From contig NZ_LN831039.1 in NCBI RefSeq assembly GCF_001457595.1, positions 4,500,001 through 4,532,000 of the forward strand: 32,000 nucleotides of DNA. Reading direction: 5' to 3'. Positions 16,706 to 25,964 of this stretch are shown here, piece after piece (within the stretch, counting starts at the first letter, position 1; each line of letters starts with the position of its first letter). The notes under the pieces were generated by a model. The model did not search any database. It was given only the letters and a program-made list of their open reading frames with translations, and was not told the DNA's origin. The translations under genes were made by a program, and so were the position numbers. The DNA is from Mycolicibacterium smegmatis. Its GTDB lineage: Bacteria > Actinomycetota > Actinomycetes > Mycobacteriales > Mycobacteriaceae.

Positions 16706-16747
16706 TCACCCGGGTGGTCTCGCCGCGGGGATGATGACGGTTCACCC
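16706..16747 (+). promoter_or_regulatory. composite element copy F, sense for ndh-HAD; the palindrome also lies 62 nt upstream of divergent LAL2
   Basis: Plus strand reads TCACCCGGGTGG-TCTCGCCGCGG-GGATGA-TGACGGT-TCACCC. It lies 116 nt upstream of the ndh ATG. Confidence 0.7.
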
Positions 16748-16863
16748 CGTGCGGCGGCAAGCTCAGTCGACGAAACACTGCCGCCCGCGAAGCAACGCCG
16801 TGGCGGACGTCCACGCGTCACCGGGCACCGGGCTCTCCGGCTCGTCGAGATCAAGGAGTTCAT

Positions 16864-18282
16864 ATGCGCCCAGCCAGAATTGTGATCGTCGGTAGCGGAT
16901 TCGCCGGCTTCGAATGCGCACGCCGGCTGAGCAAACAGCTGAAACGGCACCGATCCGAGGCAGTCGTGACCCTCATATCTCCGGTCGACTACCTGCTGTA
17001 CACCCCGCTTCTGCCCGAGGTTGCCGGTGGCGCAACAGATCCACGCTTCGCCACCGTGCCCCTGAACGACAGGCTCCCGGAAGTCCAGTTCATCCGCGCC
17101 TATGTCGATTCGGTGGACTTGTCCGCGCGTTCGCTGCGCTGTCGCGATCAGGAGAACATGTCCCACGAGCTTTCGTGGGATCGCCTCGTCCTGACCCCTG
17201 GCTCGATCAGTCGCCTGTTCGACATCCCCGGACTCGCCGAACATGGACGCGGGCTCAAATCGACGGCGCAGGCGCTTTTTCTGCGCGATCACATCATCGA
17301 ACAGTTCGAACTGGCACGCATCGACGAGGACCGTGAACGCGCGAACGCGCGTAAGACGGTGGTGGTTGTCGGATCTTCATATTCCGGAACGGAACTCATC
17401 GCACAGCTGTGCGCGATGGCTTCGGTGGCGGTGCACGACTTCGGATTCGAGCCCGGCGACGTACGACTGATCCTGGTGGAGCGTTCGGGACGGTTGATGC
17501 CCGAAATCGGGCCTGCGCTGGCAGTTCGCGCCGAACACGTGCTCAAACGGCGCGGCGTACGGTTCCTCACCGGTGTCACACTGTCTCGGGTCGCTGCCGA
17601 CCACGTCATCCTGAGCGACGGAACCCGCATCGGCACCTACACCGTCGCGTGGGTTGCCGGAGTCGTCGCCAGCCCGCTGATCACGGCCACGGGCCTGCCG
17701 ACCGAGAAGGGCAGGCTCAAGGTGGGTCCTGATCTGCAGGTCCCCGGTTTCGACGGCGTCTTCGCAGGCGGCGATGCCGCAGCGGTACCCGATGTCACCA
17801 ATCCCGGGACGATAACGCCGCCGACGGCCCAACACGCCACCAGGCAAGGCAAAATTCTGGCCCGAAACGTCGCCGCAAGCCTCGGCTACGGCAGCGCGCG
17901 CGAGTATCGGCACCGCGATCTCGGGACCGTTGTTGACCTGGGTCCCGGGTTCGCCGTCGCCAATCCTCTCAACATCCCGCTCTCCGGGTTTCTGGCGAAA
18001 CTCGTGACCCGCGCCTACCACCTGTACGCCATTCCGCGTAACGCCAACCGGTGGGCAGTGGCGCTCGGGTATCTCACCAACGTCCTGTTCGGGCGGCCAT
18101 TGGTGTCGATCGGCTTCGCCCAGCCGTCGTGGGCACAGTTTTCCGCGAGCGAGGAGTTCATGACCGCACCCACGGCGACGCAGCCACTCGACGAGCAGAT
18201 GTACACCGACGACCTCCGCTTCCAGGAAGCTTCCGCCGACCGGGCCTCGGCGCCGGGCGATCGGGCCAGAAAGGCAACATGA
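16864..18282 (+). CDS. ndh: type II NADH:quinone oxidoreductase (NDH-2), divergent copy
   Basis: AAGGAG RBS. RIVIVGSGFAG FAD motif, YTPLLPEVAGG, GGDAAAVPD. The second dinucleotide motif is atypical (VVVVGSSYSGTE instead of GxGxxG). Confidence 0.9.
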   Translation: MRPARIVIVGSGFAGFECARRLSKQLKRHRSEAVVTLISPVDYLLYTPLLPEVAGGATDPRFATVPLNDRLPEVQFIRAYVDSVDLSARSLRCRDQENMSHELSWDRLVLTPGSISRLFDIPGLAEHGRGLKSTAQALFLRDHIIEQFELARIDEDRERANARKTVVVVGSSYSGTELIAQLCAMASVAVHDFGFEPGDVRLILVERSGRLMPEIGPALAVRAEHVLKRRGVRFLTGVTLSRVAADHVILSDGTRIGTYTVAWVAGVVASPLITATGLPTEKGRLKVGPDLQVPGFDGVFAGGDAAAVPDVTNPGTITPPTAQHATRQGKILARNVAASLGYGSAREYRHRDLGTVVDLGPGFAVANPLNIPLSGFLAKLVTRAYHLYAIPRNANRWAVALGYLTNVLFGRPLVSIGFAQPSWAQFSASEEFMTAPTATQPLDEQMYTDDLRFQEASADRASAPGDRARKAT

Positions 18283-19091
18283 TCCGCCACTCTCCTCCGA
18301 TCCGACTGCTACTCGCCGACGTCGACGGCACCCTGGTGACGCACGACAAGGTCCTCACGCATCGCACCCTCGCCGCGGTCGCCAAGCTGCGGGAGGCCGG
18401 GATACTGTTCGCCGTCACCAGCGGCCGTCCGCCGCGCGGCATGTCGAAGCTCATCGAACCACTCGGACTGACAACGCCGCTCGCTGCGTTCAACGGCGGG
18501 CTGTTCGTGCGGCCGGATCTGTCGGTCATCGAACGACGCATGATTTCGGATGACGTGACAGCGGCGGTGATCGAGCAACTCGACACCGACGGGCTGACCG
18601 TATGGGTCTACCGGGGCGCGGACTGGCTGGTGCCCGATCCCCATGGGCCTCATGTGGCGCGGGAGGCCCGGACCGTCGGGTTCGGCCCGACACCGATCGA
18701 GAGCTACCCGCCGATCTCACGCGGTGTGTCCAAAATTGTTGGCGTCAGCGATGATCACGACGCGGTACGCAAGGCGGCAGCCCGGTTGCGCGAGCGCTTC
18801 GCAGACCACGTGTCGGCGGCGACATCACAACCGTACTACGTCGACGTCACCCATCCCGACGCGAACAAGGGCGCTGTGGTCTCTTTCTTGTCCGCCGCCT
18901 ACGACATCGCCACGGAGTCGATCGCCACGATCGGCGACATGGCGAACGACGTGGCGATGTTCCGGAAATCGGGGCTCAGCATCGCGATGGGAAACGCCGG
19001 CGACGAGGTCAGACGGGCCGCCCGTTGTGTCACCGCCTCGAACGCAGACGACGGGTTCGCCGACGCCGTCGAGCGGTTCGTCCTGCCGTAG
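18279..19091 (+). CDS. Cof-type HAD-IIB family hydrolase (phosphatase)
   Basis: ATGA overlap with the ndh stop. LLLADVDGTLV (DxDGT), VTSGRP, KG..., and IGDMANDVAMF motifs. Confidence 0.85.
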   Translation: MIRHSPPIRLLLADVDGTLVTHDKVLTHRTLAAVAKLREAGILFAVTSGRPPRGMSKLIEPLGLTTPLAAFNGGLFVRPDLSVIERRMISDDVTAAVIEQLDTDGLTVWVYRGADWLVPDPHGPHVAREARTVGFGPTPIESYPPISRGVSKIVGVSDDHDAVRKAAARLRERFADHVSAATSQPYYVDVTHPDANKGAVVSFLSAAYDIATESIATIGDMANDVAMFRKSGLSIAMGNAGDEVRRAARCVTASNADDGFADAVERFVLP

Positions 19092-19124
19092 CGGCGCCCG
19101 CTGGGGAATCGATCCGGTGACCCG

Positions 19125-19760
19125 CTACGACGAATCCAGCTGTTCGTTCTTGATGCCGGCGATGACAGCCGCGTCGGAGGCGACGACCTGGGTGGCGGTA
19201 TGCAGCACCGCACGCACGTCGTCGGCGGGAATGACCGCGGCCCCGGAGGTGTCGGCGAAAATGTAGTCGCCGGGAAAAACCGCCACCCCGCCGATCACGA
19301 CCGGATGGTTCGCCTCGAAGGGGGTGACAGTGTCGCCGCCCCACCGTGTTGTTTCGCCACGACAATAGACAGCCAGGTCGTACTGCTCGAGTTCGGCGAA
19401 ATCGCGCAGCCGACCATCGGCGAGTACGCCGGCGAGCCGGTGGTTTTCGGCACGCGAGAGCTTTGTTCCGCCACCCAACGAGACTTCGGTGAAACCGTTG
19501 CTCGCCAACACCAGAACGCAACCCTCACCGCCGCGCTCGATGGCCTGGTAGAACAACCGCCTGAAGTTGTGACAATCGGGCGGCAGGGCGGCCGAACAGG
19601 CAGGAAAGTAACTGATGGTCACCGCGGGCCCGAAGAGCCGGCGTCCGGGGGTCGGACTCACCAGGTCGAGAAGATGGCAGCGATGCCGATGCAGTCGCCC
19701 CATCGCATCGACGATGTCGGCCGTACGCACCCGGCCGGCGAGCAACTCAAGGGGCTCCAT
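19125..19760 (-). CDS. RraA-family protein (RraA / 4-hydroxy-4-methyl-2-oxoglutarate aldolase-like)
   Basis: [21 protein letters not shown]...GGGTKLSRAENHRLAGVLADGRLRD...VVIGGVAVFPGDYIFADTSGAAVIP. The ATG overlaps the transketolase TGA (TGATG). Confidence 0.8.
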   Translation of the reverse strand: MEPLELLAGRVRTADIVDAMGRLHRHRCHLLDLVSPTPGRRLFGPAVTISYFPACSAALPPDCHNFRRLFYQAIERGGEGCVLVLASNGFTEVSLGGGTKLSRAENHRLAGVLADGRLRDFAELEQYDLAVYCRGETTRWGGDTVTPFEANHPVVIGGVAVFPGDYIFADTSGAAVIPADDVRAVLHTATQVVASDAAVIAGIKNEQLDSS

Positions 19761-21709
19761 CAGGCCGTCAGCGTCTCGTCGTCGTCGGATCGGCCGTCGT
19801 CGGATCGGCCGTCGTCGGATCGGCCGTCGTCGGCCTGCAACAGGTGTCGCGCAGCCTTGTCGATACTTGCCGCGTCTATCGCGGCATCCGCGAGCAGTTC
19901 GGCAGGAGTTCCCGAGCCCGGCATGGCGCGAACGGCCAGGTGCATCAGCTTCAGACGCGGTGTTTCCGCACCCGAGATGGCCTCGAGCACGGCCGAGCCG
20001 AGTCCACCCTCGGGGTGATGGTCCTCGGCGATGACCAATCGTGCACCGGTGTCGCGCACAGCTTCGAGCAGCGTGTCCCGGTCGATCGGCTTGACGGAGT
20101 AGACATCGATGACGCGGGCCGCGATCCCGTCGCGGTGCAGCGATTCGGCGGCGGCCAGGCATTGGTGGACGGTGACACCGGCACCGATCAGGGTGACGTC
20201 GTCGGCGCTGCTGGACCGCAGCGTGTGGGAGCCGCCGATGGTGAACACGGTGGCCGGCTCGTAGAGGACCGGGTAGGCACCACGGGTGGTCCTCAGATAA
20301 CGGACCCCATCGGCATCCGCCATCAGGTCGACCAGCGCGACCGTACTTGTCGCGTCGCTGGGATAGAGGACGGTCGCGCCGTGGACGGACCGCATCATCG
20401 CCAGGTCTTCCAGCGCCATCTGAGAGGGTCCGTCGGCACCGATCTCGACGCCGGCATGGGACCCGATCAGGCAGATGTTCGCCTGTGAGACGGCCGCCAT
20501 GCGGATGAAGTCATGCGCCCGGGTCAAAAACGCGGCAAAGGTCGATGCGAACGGAATGTAGTGGCGGACATGGAGACCGACGGAAGAGGCAACGAGTTGT
20601 TGCTCGGCGATGAACATTTCGAAGTATCGCTCGGGGTGGTGCTCGGTGAACTCTGCGGCGCCGGTGGAGTTGCTGACTTCGCCGTCGAGCGCCACCACCC
20701 GGCGATTGACCGCGCCCAGTGCGGCCACCGCGGCTCCGTATGCCGCCCGGGTGGCGACCTTCTCACCCGGTGCGTAACGCGGCCGGTCCGAGAACCCATC
20801 CGGATTGCCCGCCCCGGGCGCCGACGATTGACCGGAGCGTGACGCCGGTTTCGGTCCCGCGACGGTCAGACCCTCGACCTCGCCGAGCTCGGCCAGTGCG
20901 CGCCGCGCCATTTCGGGCGGGAAAGCCTTGCCATGCCAACCCTCTCGGTCCTCGACTTCGCTGAAACCGCGACCCTTGACGGTTCTCGCGAGGATCACCG
21001 TCGGCTGCGTTGTGTTACGCGCGGCGGTGAGCGCCTGGTCGATGGCCTCCAGGCGATGGCCGTCGACGGAGATCGCCCGCGCACCGAAAGCTTCCACGCG
21101 TTTGGCGTAGGTCTCCAGATCCCAACCGAACTCGGTGGGTCCGCGCTGGCCCAACCGGTTGACATCGACGATGACGGTGAAGTTCGAAAGGCCGTAATAG
21201 CCGGCCTTGTCCAGTGCCTCCCAGACCGACCCCTCGGCCATCTCACTGTCGCCGCACAGCGTCCACACGTGAAATCCAGACCTGTCGAGGAACTTGCCCG
21301 CGAGCGCGACGCCGACCCCGATGGCGATCCCCTGTCCCAGTGAGCCGCTGGCAACGTCGACCCACGGCAACACAGGCGTGGGGTGGCCTTGCAGGCGTGA
21401 GCCGAAGCGGCGGTAGCCGGTCATCAGTTCCGTGTCGGTGATGACACCGACGGCTTTGAACGCGGCGTACAACAGCGGCGAGGCATGCCCTTTGGACAGG
21501 ATGAAGTGGTCGTTGTCAGGGTGATCCGGGCGCTCCCAGTCATAGCTGAGGTGGCGAGCGAGCAGAACCGCCGTCAGATCGGCGGCCGACATGCTCGAAG
21601 TCGGATGTCCGGAGCCGGCGGCAGTGCTGGCTCGGATGGCGTCGGCGCGCAGTTGCCGCGCCAGTCGCCCCACCAGCGTGGTGTCGATGCGATCGTTCGA
21701 TTCATTCAA
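19760..21709 (-). CDS. transketolase-family protein (single-chain, about 650 aa)
   Basis: [41 protein letters not shown] (ThDP GDG-like), and [18 protein letters not shown] motifs. The TTG start at 21709 overlaps the ctaD stop by 8 nt. Confidence 0.85.
   Translation of the reverse strand: MNESNDRIDTTLVGRLARQLRADAIRASTAAGSGHPTSSMSAADLTAVLLARHLSYDWERPDHPDNDHFILSKGHASPLLYAAFKAVGVITDTELMTGYRRFGSRLQGHPTPVLPWVDVASGSLGQGIAIGVGVALAGKFLDRSGFHVWTLCGDSEMAEGSVWEALDKAGYYGLSNFTVIVDVNRLGQRGPTEFGWDLETYAKRVEAFGARAISVDGHRLEAIDQALTAARNTTQPTVILARTVKGRGFSEVEDREGWHGKAFPPEMARRALAELGEVEGLTVAGPKPASRSGQSSAPGAGNPDGFSDRPRYAPGEKVATRAAYGAAVAALGAVNRRVVALDGEVSNSTGAAEFTEHHPERYFEMFIAEQQLVASSVGLHVRHYIPFASTFAAFLTRAHDFIRMAAVSQANICLIGSHAGVEIGADGPSQMALEDLAMMRSVHGATVLYPSDATSTVALVDLMADADGVRYLRTTRGAYPVLYEPATVFTIGGSHTLRSSSADDVTLIGAGVTVHQCLAAAESLHRDGIAARVIDVYSVKPIDRDTLLEAVRDTGARLVIAEDHHPEGGLGSAVLEAISGAETPRLKLMHLAVRAMPGSGTPAELLADAAIDAASIDKAARHLLQADDGRSDDGRSDDGRSDDDETLTA
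19781..19835. repeat. 15-bp perfect tandem repeat, 3 full copies plus a 10-bp partial copy
   Basis: GTCGTCGGATCGGCC occurs three times (19781-19825), followed by GTCGTCGGCC. On the minus strand it encodes (DDGRS)x3 at the C-terminus of the transketolase. It lies 21-75 nt upstream of the RraA-like start. Confidence 0.9.
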
Positions 21710-23453
21710 CGGGATGGCTCCTCGCCTGTGGTTGTGGAAGCGTCACCGCACCGGGTCCTCCCTGGGTGCGCCCGGGGTGGGACTCGGCACGAAGCCGCTC
21801 GATCATGTGGGGATAGTGCAACTCGAAAGCTGGTCGCTCGGAACGGATTCTGGGCAGCTCGGTGAAGTTGTGCCGCGGCGGCGGGCAGCTGGTGGCCCAC
21901 TCCAGGGAGTTGCCGTAGCCCCACGGATCGTCGACCGTGACGGGCTCGCCGTATCGCCAGCTCTTGAACACGTTCCACACGAACGGCAGCATCGAGACGC
22001 CCAGGATGAACGAACCGATGGTGGAAACGATGTTGAGGGTGGTGAACCCGTCGGTGGGCAGGTAGTCGGCGTATCGGCGTGGCATGCCTTCTGCGCCGAG
22101 CCAGTGGTGCACCAGGAATGTGGTGTGGAATCCGATGAGGGTCAGCCAGAAGTGCAGCTTGCCGAGCCGGTCATCCAGCAGTCGGCCCGTCATCTTCGGA
22201 AACCAGAAGTACACCCCGGCGTACGTTGCGAAGACGATCGTGCCGAACAGCACGTAATGGAAGTGCGCCACGACGAAATAGCTGTCGGTGACGTGGAAGT
22301 CCAGTGGCGGGCTGGCCAGGATCACCCCGGTGAGCCCACCGAGCAGGAACGTCACGAGAAAGCCCACCGAGAACAACATCGGCGTCTCGAACGTCAACTG
22401 GCCCTTCCACATGGTGCCGATCCAGTTGACGAATTTGATCCCGGTCGGCACCGCGATCATGAACGTCATGAAGGAGAAGAACGGCAGCAGCACCGCGCCG
22501 GTGGCGTAGAGGTGGTGGGCCCACACCGCGATCGACAGAGCTCCGATGGAGATGGTGGCGTAGACCAGCGTGGTGTAGCCGAAGACCGGTTTGCGGGAGA
22601 ACACCGGGAAGATCTCGGTGACGATGCCGAAGAAGGGCAACGCGATGATGTAGACCTCGGGATGGCCGAAGAACCAGAACAGGTGCTCCCACAACATGGT
22701 CCCGCCGTTGGCCGAGTCGAAGACGTGTGCGCCCAGATTGCGGTCCGCGGCCAGGCCGAACAGCGCCGAGGTCAGAAGCGGGAAAGCGACCAGCACGATC
22801 ACGCTGGTCACCAGGATGTTCCAGGTGAAGATCGGCATCCGGAACATGATCATGCCCGGTGCGCGCATGCACACCACCGTGGTGATCATGTTGACCGCAC
22901 CGAGGATGGTGCCCAGTCCACCGACGATCAATCCGAAGATCCACAGATCACCACCCGCGCCCGGCGAGTGCATGGCGTTCGACAGCGGGGTGTAGGCGGT
23001 CCACCCGAAGTCGGCGGGCCCACCCGGGGCGAGGAAGCCGCCGAGTGCGATCGACGCACCGAAGAGAAAGAGCCAGAACGACAACGCATTCAGTCGCGGA
23101 AACGCCACATCGGGGGCGCCGATCTGCAGAGGCACCACGAGGTTGGCGAACCCGAACACGATGGGAGTGGCATAGAACAGCAGCATCACCGTGCCGTGCA
23201 TGGTGAACAGCTGGTTGTACTGCTCGTTGGAGAGGAACTGCAGGCCGGGTACCGCCAACTCGGTGCGGAGCAGCAGTGCCATCAATCCGCCGATGAAGAA
23301 GAAGATGAAGCACGCGACGACGTACATCATCCCGATCAACTTGTGGTCGGTTGTGGTCACCAACTTGTACAGCAGCGTCCACCTGGGGCCGAGCCGTTGC
23401 GGAAACGGTCTCCGCGCCAGGAGTTCTCCTGCCGATGGAGCGTGGGTCGTCAA
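21702..23453 (-). CDS. ctaD: cytochrome c oxidase (aa3-type) subunit I, orphan copy
   Basis: [36 protein letters not shown] and AHFHYV metal-ligand motifs are all intact. The TTG at 23453 is preceded by AGGAGAG and gives the usual N-terminal length; the ORF track extends to the GTG at 23498. No ctaC or ctaE in the window. Confidence 0.9.
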   Translation of the reverse strand: MTTHAPSAGELLARRPFPQRLGPRWTLLYKLVTTTDHKLIGMMYVVACFIFFFIGGLMALLLRTELAVPGLQFLSNEQYNQLFTMHGTVMLLFYATPIVFGFANLVVPLQIGAPDVAFPRLNALSFWLFLFGASIALGGFLAPGGPADFGWTAYTPLSNAMHSPGAGGDLWIFGLIVGGLGTILGAVNMITTVVCMRAPGMIMFRMPIFTWNILVTSVIVLVAFPLLTSALFGLAADRNLGAHVFDSANGGTMLWEHLFWFFGHPEVYIIALPFFGIVTEIFPVFSRKPVFGYTTLVYATISIGALSIAVWAHHLYATGAVLLPFFSFMTFMIAVPTGIKFVNWIGTMWKGQLTFETPMLFSVGFLVTFLLGGLTGVILASPPLDFHVTDSYFVVAHFHYVLFGTIVFATYAGVYFWFPKMTGRLLDDRLGKLHFWLTLIGFHTTFLVHHWLGAEGMPRRYADYLPTDGFTTLNIVSTIGSFILGVSMLPFVWNVFKSWRYGEPVTVDDPWGYGNSLEWATSCPPPRHNFTELPRIRSERPAFELHYPHMIERLRAESHPGRTQGGPGAVTLPQPQARSHPVE

Positions 23454-23545
23454 CGGTCCGGTTCTCTCCTGTCCGTCGCACGTGCGACGGTCTTCCACCC
23501 GTCGCCGCGCATGCCCTTGTCGAGACTCGATCCTGGCCCGGTACC

Positions 23546-23587
23546 GGATGAGCTGTCTTCACCCAGCCGCACCGATCACCCGGGTGA
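23546..23587 (-). promoter_or_regulatory. composite element copy D, sense for ctaD-transketolase-rraA
   Basis: Minus strand reads TCACCCGGGTGA-TCGGTGCGGCT-GGGTGA-AGACAGC-TCATCC. It lies 92 nt upstream of the TTG at 23453, and its palindrome end (23587) is 28 nt downstream of the GNAT stop at 23616. Confidence 0.7.
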
Positions 23588-23615
23588 ACAGTCGCCGCGC
23601 ATGAACTTCCCTCGC

Positions 23616-24221
23616 TCAGGTCCGCGAGGCACAACCCGGTTCCGGCAGATCCAGGTCCGCCTTCCGGAGTCGATACACCTGCAGCGACAACCCGTAGTAC
23701 TTCGTGGTCTCGCCGACCCACTCCATACCGACCCGCCGCGCGGTGGCCACGGCACGACGATTTCCTGGCCGCATGACCGCGAACACCTCGCTGAGGCCGG
23801 CGTTCTCGAAGGCCTGGTGCGCGACGGCATGGCCGGCTTCCGAGCCGTATCCGTGACCCCACATCGCGGGGGCGATCTGCCATCCGATCTCCAGGTCGCT
23901 GCGCCCGGGCGGAAGCGGGAGAAGAGTCACTCCCCCGATCACCTGTCCGGATCGGTGGTCGGTGATTGCCCATCGCCCCAACGGCAATCCCTCGGAGTCG
24001 CTCTCGGCGATCCAGGAGCCCAACACATGTCGCATGTCCTTGCGGTCGACGGCGTTGGGCAGCGCCGGACACAGCCAGCGAGCCACCTCCGGGTCTCCGT
24101 AGATCGCACACGCCGCGACATCATCGTCCAGACGCCACGGCCGCAACATCAGACGGTGTGTGCGGATCTGTCGCGTCACGGGATCGAGTTCGACGTGGCG
24201 TCGATCGCCTGAGGGGTTCAT
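23616..24221 (-). CDS. GNAT-family N-acetyltransferase (RimJ/RimL-like)
   Basis: THRLMLRPWRLDDDVAACAIYGDPEVARWL ... EIGWQIAPAMWGHGYGSEAGHAVAHQAF ... The ATG at 24221 is 5 nt after the SDR2 stop. Confidence 0.8.
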   Translation of the reverse strand: MNPSGDRRHVELDPVTRQIRTHRLMLRPWRLDDDVAACAIYGDPEVARWLCPALPNAVDRKDMRHVLGSWIAESDSEGLPLGRWAITDHRSGQVIGGVTLLPLPPGRSDLEIGWQIAPAMWGHGYGSEAGHAVAHQAFENAGLSEVFAVMRPGNRRAVATARRVGMEWVGETTKYYGLSLQVYRLRKADLDLPEPGCASRT

Positions 24222-24226
24222 CAGTG

Positions 24227-24997
24227 TCAGTTCCGCCCCGCCGTGAATCCTCCGTCGACGTTGAGGATCATTCCCGTGATCCAACTCGACTCGTCGGAGA
24301 GCAGATACCTGATGGCGCCTGCAATGTCGGTCGGAGTACCGACTCGCCCGAGCGGGTGAAGCGGTGCGAACTCGCCGAGTGTGGCATCGATCTCGTCCGT
24401 GGGGAACCACCGCTGAAGAGCCGGGGTTCTCACCGCGGCCGGCGACACCGCGTTGACGCGGATCTTGTGCCGGGCGAGTTCAATGGCCAGATTGTGGGTG
24501 AGCGCGTGCAGGCCGGCCTTCTGCATCGAATGCCCCGTCGAAGGAGTGACGCCGAGCGCCTGATGCGCCCACATGCTGCCGATGTTGACGATGGAACCAC
24601 CATCGCCGCCGGCGATCATGCCGCGCACCACGGTCTGGGTGAGGAAAAACAGCGCATAGTTGAGCTCCATGTACGCGTCGTAGTCCAGTTGCCCGTACTC
24701 GAGAAACGGTTTGGGGATGAAGAATCCGGCCGCATTGACGAGCAACGTGGCGTCTCGGTGTTGCTCGCCGAGCACGCGCTGGATATCGGTGACGGCATCG
24801 CGGTCGGTCAGCTCCGCGGAAATACCCCAGGCGTCGCCACCCCGGTTCACCAGATCGTCCAGGGTCTCGTCGACACGGGCTTTCGAGTGCCCGACGACCA
24901 CCGCGCTGCCACCGTGGTCGACGACGTCGGCGGCGACCCGGCGGCCGATACCGGCGCTGCCGCCGACGACGACCACCTTCTTCCCCTCCAGATGCAT
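24227..24997 (-). CDS. SDR-family oxidoreductase, paralog 2 (catalytic Tyr replaced by His)
   Basis: GGAGGGAG RBS, then [18 protein letters not shown]. Colinear with, and by eye about 70% identical to, the SDR at 2290-3066. The YxxxK position reads GHSMQK (CAT codon). Confidence 0.85.
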   Translation of the reverse strand: MHLEGKKVVVVGGSAGIGRRVAADVVDHGGSAVVVGHSKARVDETLDDLVNRGGDAWGISAELTDRDAVTDIQRVLGEQHRDATLLVNAAGFFIPKPFLEYGQLDYDAYMELNYALFFLTQTVVRGMIAGGDGGSIVNIGSMWAHQALGVTPSTGHSMQKAGLHALTHNLAIELARHKIRVNAVSPAAVRTPALQRWFPTDEIDATLGEFAPLHPLGRVGTPTDIAGAIRYLLSDESSWITGMILNVDGGFTAGRN

Positions 24998-25026
24998 GTT
25001 CGGGCTCCCTCCCTCGGCGGATGTGT

Positions 25027-25935
25027 TCACGAGCGGTGCAACTCGACGTTCTGCGGATGGAAATCCATTGATATGTGGGGCCTCTCGGGATCCAGGTGAA
25101 CGGATTCGAGTTCGCACTTGAGCACCGACGTCGTGGCGTTGTGCGGGTCGCTCGCAGCCAACTCGACCACCAATCGCAGCTGCGTCGATTCGGTCATGCC
25201 ACGTCCCGAGACACGGATCGTGGGCAACTCGCTGAGGATGTCGAGTCGCATCGGTATGACCCGCATGGGGTGGCGAGGTGGATCCGCGCCGTCACCTGCG
25301 GTGTTCTGCGGAGCATCCAGCGCGATACGCCCGGCATCGGCGAGCAGCAGGTCGTTCCCCAACGCCTTGCCCGTCAGGGTGATCGAGATCGAGCCCGCCG
25401 GATGCGAATGCTGCGGATCGTCGACCGTGAGCGTCGCGCTTGCCTGGGCCAACACCAGTTCACGAGTCACCTCGTGCCACCGGTCCCGCAACACATCATC
25501 GACGCTCGGCGTCACCGCGTCACCGGTTTTCGTGACGCGCAGTGGTTCTCGGTAACCGAGCTCTTGCTCGTCGACCCGCTCCAGTAGCGGTAGAGCCGGA
25601 TCGCGCAACATCGTCAGCACGAAGCTGCAGGGAATGTCGGTGCGGAGATTGGTGTCCTGGTAGTGGATCACGTCACCGCCCGGCCCCCAGAACGCGTCCC
25701 CGGCGCGGAGAACACGTGCCGGCTCACCGTCGCGCTCGAAGAGCATCTCCCCGGCGATCATGTAGCCGAATGCCGGACCCCCGGGGAGACGATGCGGCGG
25801 GGCTCCACGGGCGCCGGGCGGATGGTTGACGAGTACGGTGATCACGGCGACCTGGGCAGGTATGTGCGGCGACCGGACTTCCTGGATCACCGTGATCGTC
25901 GAGCCGGATTCGGGATCAGCCCAATCCTGCAGCAT
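25027..25935 (-). CDS. cupin-domain protein (paralog 2) fused to a roughly 190-aa C-terminal domain of unknown function
   Basis: N-terminal HPPGARGAPPHRLPGGPAFGYMIAGEMLFERDGEPARVLRAGDAFWGPGGDVIHY aligns with the cupin at 3303-3737. The ATG at 25935 is preceded by GAAGGAAA. An alternative TTG at 25968 overlaps the upstream stop. Confidence 0.65.
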   Translation of the reverse strand: MLQDWADPESGSTITVIQEVRSPHIPAQVAVITVLVNHPPGARGAPPHRLPGGPAFGYMIAGEMLFERDGEPARVLRAGDAFWGPGGDVIHYQDTNLRTDIPCSFVLTMLRDPALPLLERVDEQELGYREPLRVTKTGDAVTPSVDDVLRDRWHEVTRELVLAQASATLTVDDPQHSHPAGSISITLTGKALGNDLLLADAGRIALDAPQNTAGDGADPPRHPMRVIPMRLDILSELPTIRVSGRGMTESTQLRLVVELAASDPHNATTSVLKCELESVHLDPERPHISMDFHPQNVELHRS

Positions 25936-25964
25936 TGGATTTCCTTCGTCGCGATCGTGAACGC

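Noticed and set aside
19092-19124. Possible bidirectional terminator between the convergent HAD and RraA-like genes (AGCGG-CGC-CCGCT and TAGCGG...CCGCTA)
   Set aside because: The stems are only 5-6 bp, with a 3-nt or a very long loop, and there is no U-tract. This is too weak to call.
21591-24212. 873-aa plus-strand ORF spanning ctaD and the GNAT gene, plus the 387-aa minus ORF 22948-24111
   Set aside because: ctaD on the minus strand carries every haem and copper ligand motif. The long opposite-strand or off-frame ORFs are charged, low-complexity artefacts of GC-rich sequence.
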